DNA from: an uncultured Oscillospiraceae bacterium
GTDB taxonomy: Bacteria; Bacillota; Clostridia; Oscillospirales; Acutalibacteraceae
DNA length: 64,000 bases
Assembly (NCBI GenBank): GCA_963520015.1
Contig: CAUQPM010000014.1
Span: forward strand, 2,484-66,483
Reading direction: 5' to 3'
The notes beneath the pieces are model-generated. The model was not told where the DNA came from and made no database searches. It saw only the letters and a program-made list of their open reading frames with translations. The translations under genes and the position numbers were made by a program. This document shows positions 62,763 to 64,000 of this stretch, in pieces. Within the stretch, counting starts at the first letter, position 1. Each line of letters starts with the position of its first letter.

Positions 62763-64000
62763 ATGGGGGAATACATAGCTGAACTGAATCACATTAATAA
62801 AAGTTTCCCGGGCGTTAAGGCACTGGACGATGTATCGTTTAATCTAAAGGCTGGGGAAGTTTTAGCTCTGCTGGGTGAAAACGGGGCAGGAAAATCAACT
62901 CTTGTAAAAGTCTTGAGCGGTGTTTATACAAGGGATGACGGTGAAATGAAAATCTTTGATCAAGAGATAGGTGATTTATCGCCTAAAAAAGCACAGGAAC
63001 TGGGCGTAGCGATTATTCACCAGGAATTGAATATGTGCGCACACCTTTCCGTGGCGGAGAACATCTTTTTAGCACGCGAAAAAACACATTCCGGGATTCT
63101 TTCTAATAAGGAAATGAATAAAGATGCAAAGGCCATTTTAAATCGGCTGAATATTGACATTGACCCTACAACTATAGTCGGCGATTTGGCGGTACCGAAG
63201 CAGCAAATGGTTGAAATTGCAAAAGCGCTTTCCACTGATGCAAAAATCCTGATCATGGATGAACCTACGTCAGCATTAACCTCAAATGAAATTGATGATT
63301 TGTTTAATATCATAAGAAAGCTGAAAGCAGAGGGCTGCGGCATTGTTTACATCTCTCACCGGCTGGAGGAATTACAGTATATCGTTGACCGTGTAACAAT
63401 CATGCGTGACGGAAAATACATTACATCAATGAATTTTGCGGATACCAATATGGGCGAGATTATTTCCAACATGGTAGGTCATGAAATTAAAGAGAAATTC
63501 CCTCGGGTCAATTGTAAACGGGGCAAAAAAATATTTGAGGTAAAAAATCTAAATGCAGGGAAAATGGTGCGCGATATTAATTTTGATCTTTATGAGGGTG
63601 AAATTGTCGGCATCGCCGGTCTTATGGGCGCAGGACGAACAGAAACGACCAGAGCTATTTTCGGAGTGGACTTAAAAGAGTCCGGTGAAATTTTTTTAGA
63701 TGGCAAAAAAGTAACGATAAATAAGCCGATAGATGCAATTCGTGCCGGAATTGTACTTGCCCCGGAAGACCGGAAAAAGGACGGATTGTGTGTCAAATTA
63801 AGCATACGGGATAATATCGCTTTACCGAATCTGGACCTTGTGTGCAGTAAATTCGGGATCGTTGACAGAAAAAAAGAAAAGACAATGACAGATAAAGCAG
63901 TCAGCAGCCTGTCGATTAAACTGTCCACCGCAGAGGCGGACGCAGGAACTCTGTCAGGCGGCAATCAGCAAAAAGTGGTTGTTGCAAAATGGCTGGCACG
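62763..64000 (+). CDS. Sugar ABC transporter ATP-binding protein, RbsA/MglA-type (3'-truncated; absent from ORF track)
   Basis: My translation gives MGEYIAELNHINKSFPGVKALDDV...GENGAGKST...MDEPTS...ISHRL...GLMGAGRTE...LSGGNQQKVVVAKWL, open to the window end. Confidence 0.93.
   Translation, partial: MGEYIAELNHINKSFPGVKALDDVSFNLKAGEVLALLGENGAGKSTLVKVLSGVYTRDDGEMKIFDQEIGDLSPKKAQELGVAIIHQELNMCAHLSVAENIFLAREKTHSGILSNKEMNKDAKAILNRLNIDIDPTTIVGDLAVPKQQMVEIAKALSTDAKILIMDEPTSALTSNEIDDLFNIIRKLKAEGCGIVYISHRLEELQYIVDRVTIMRDGKYITSMNFADTNMGEIISNMVGHEIKEKFPRVNCKRGKKIFEVKNLNAGKMVRDINFDLYEGEIVGIAGLMGAGRTETTRAIFGVDLKESGEIFLDGKKVTINKPIDAIRAGIVLAPEDRKKDGLCVKLSIRDNIALPNLDLVCSKFGIVDRKKEKTMTDKAVSSLSIKLSTAEADAGTLSGGNQQKVVVAKWLA

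Overview
This is a gene-dense chromosomal window from a low-GC Gram-positive anaerobe. Gene content suggests Clostridia, probably Oscillospiraceae-like (inference). In order it holds: (1) a hydantoinase/oxoprolinase-like gene, an HEXXH protein, GntR and the uxuA-uxaC-uxuB hexuronate genes; (2) a stand-alone E2-like acyltransferase and a REC-GGDEF protein; (3) AraC, a nucleotidyltransferase, a HAD phosphatase, a YesMN-type two-component system, an AfuABC/FbpABC-like ABC transporter and a phosphohexomutase; (4) a complete 9-gene V/A-type ATPase operon with a Na+-type K subunit; (5) AraC, a sugar ABC transporter, a GH65 phosphorylase and beta-PGM; (6) a HelD-like ATPase; (7) a glycerophosphodiester-type ABC/HAD/PiT/DUF47 cluster, with divergent LacI, GDPD, lipoprotein, SGNH and an MgtC remnant; (8) a rare-sugar locus (epimerase, class II aldolase, lyxose-type isomerase, PfkB, two ROK genes, GmhA-like) ending in a response regulator, a kinase with no extracellular sensor domain, an apparently dead ABC ATPase and an intact RbsA-like ATPase that runs off the window. 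I found no rRNA, tRNA, CRISPR array, transposase or phage genes. The most notable signals are the kinase + pseudo-ATPase module (58.5-64 kb), a ~90-bp hairpin element with inverted ends present twice (7601 and 40216), and a possible heptose-catabolic pathway. All calls come from motif reading by eye, without database searches.
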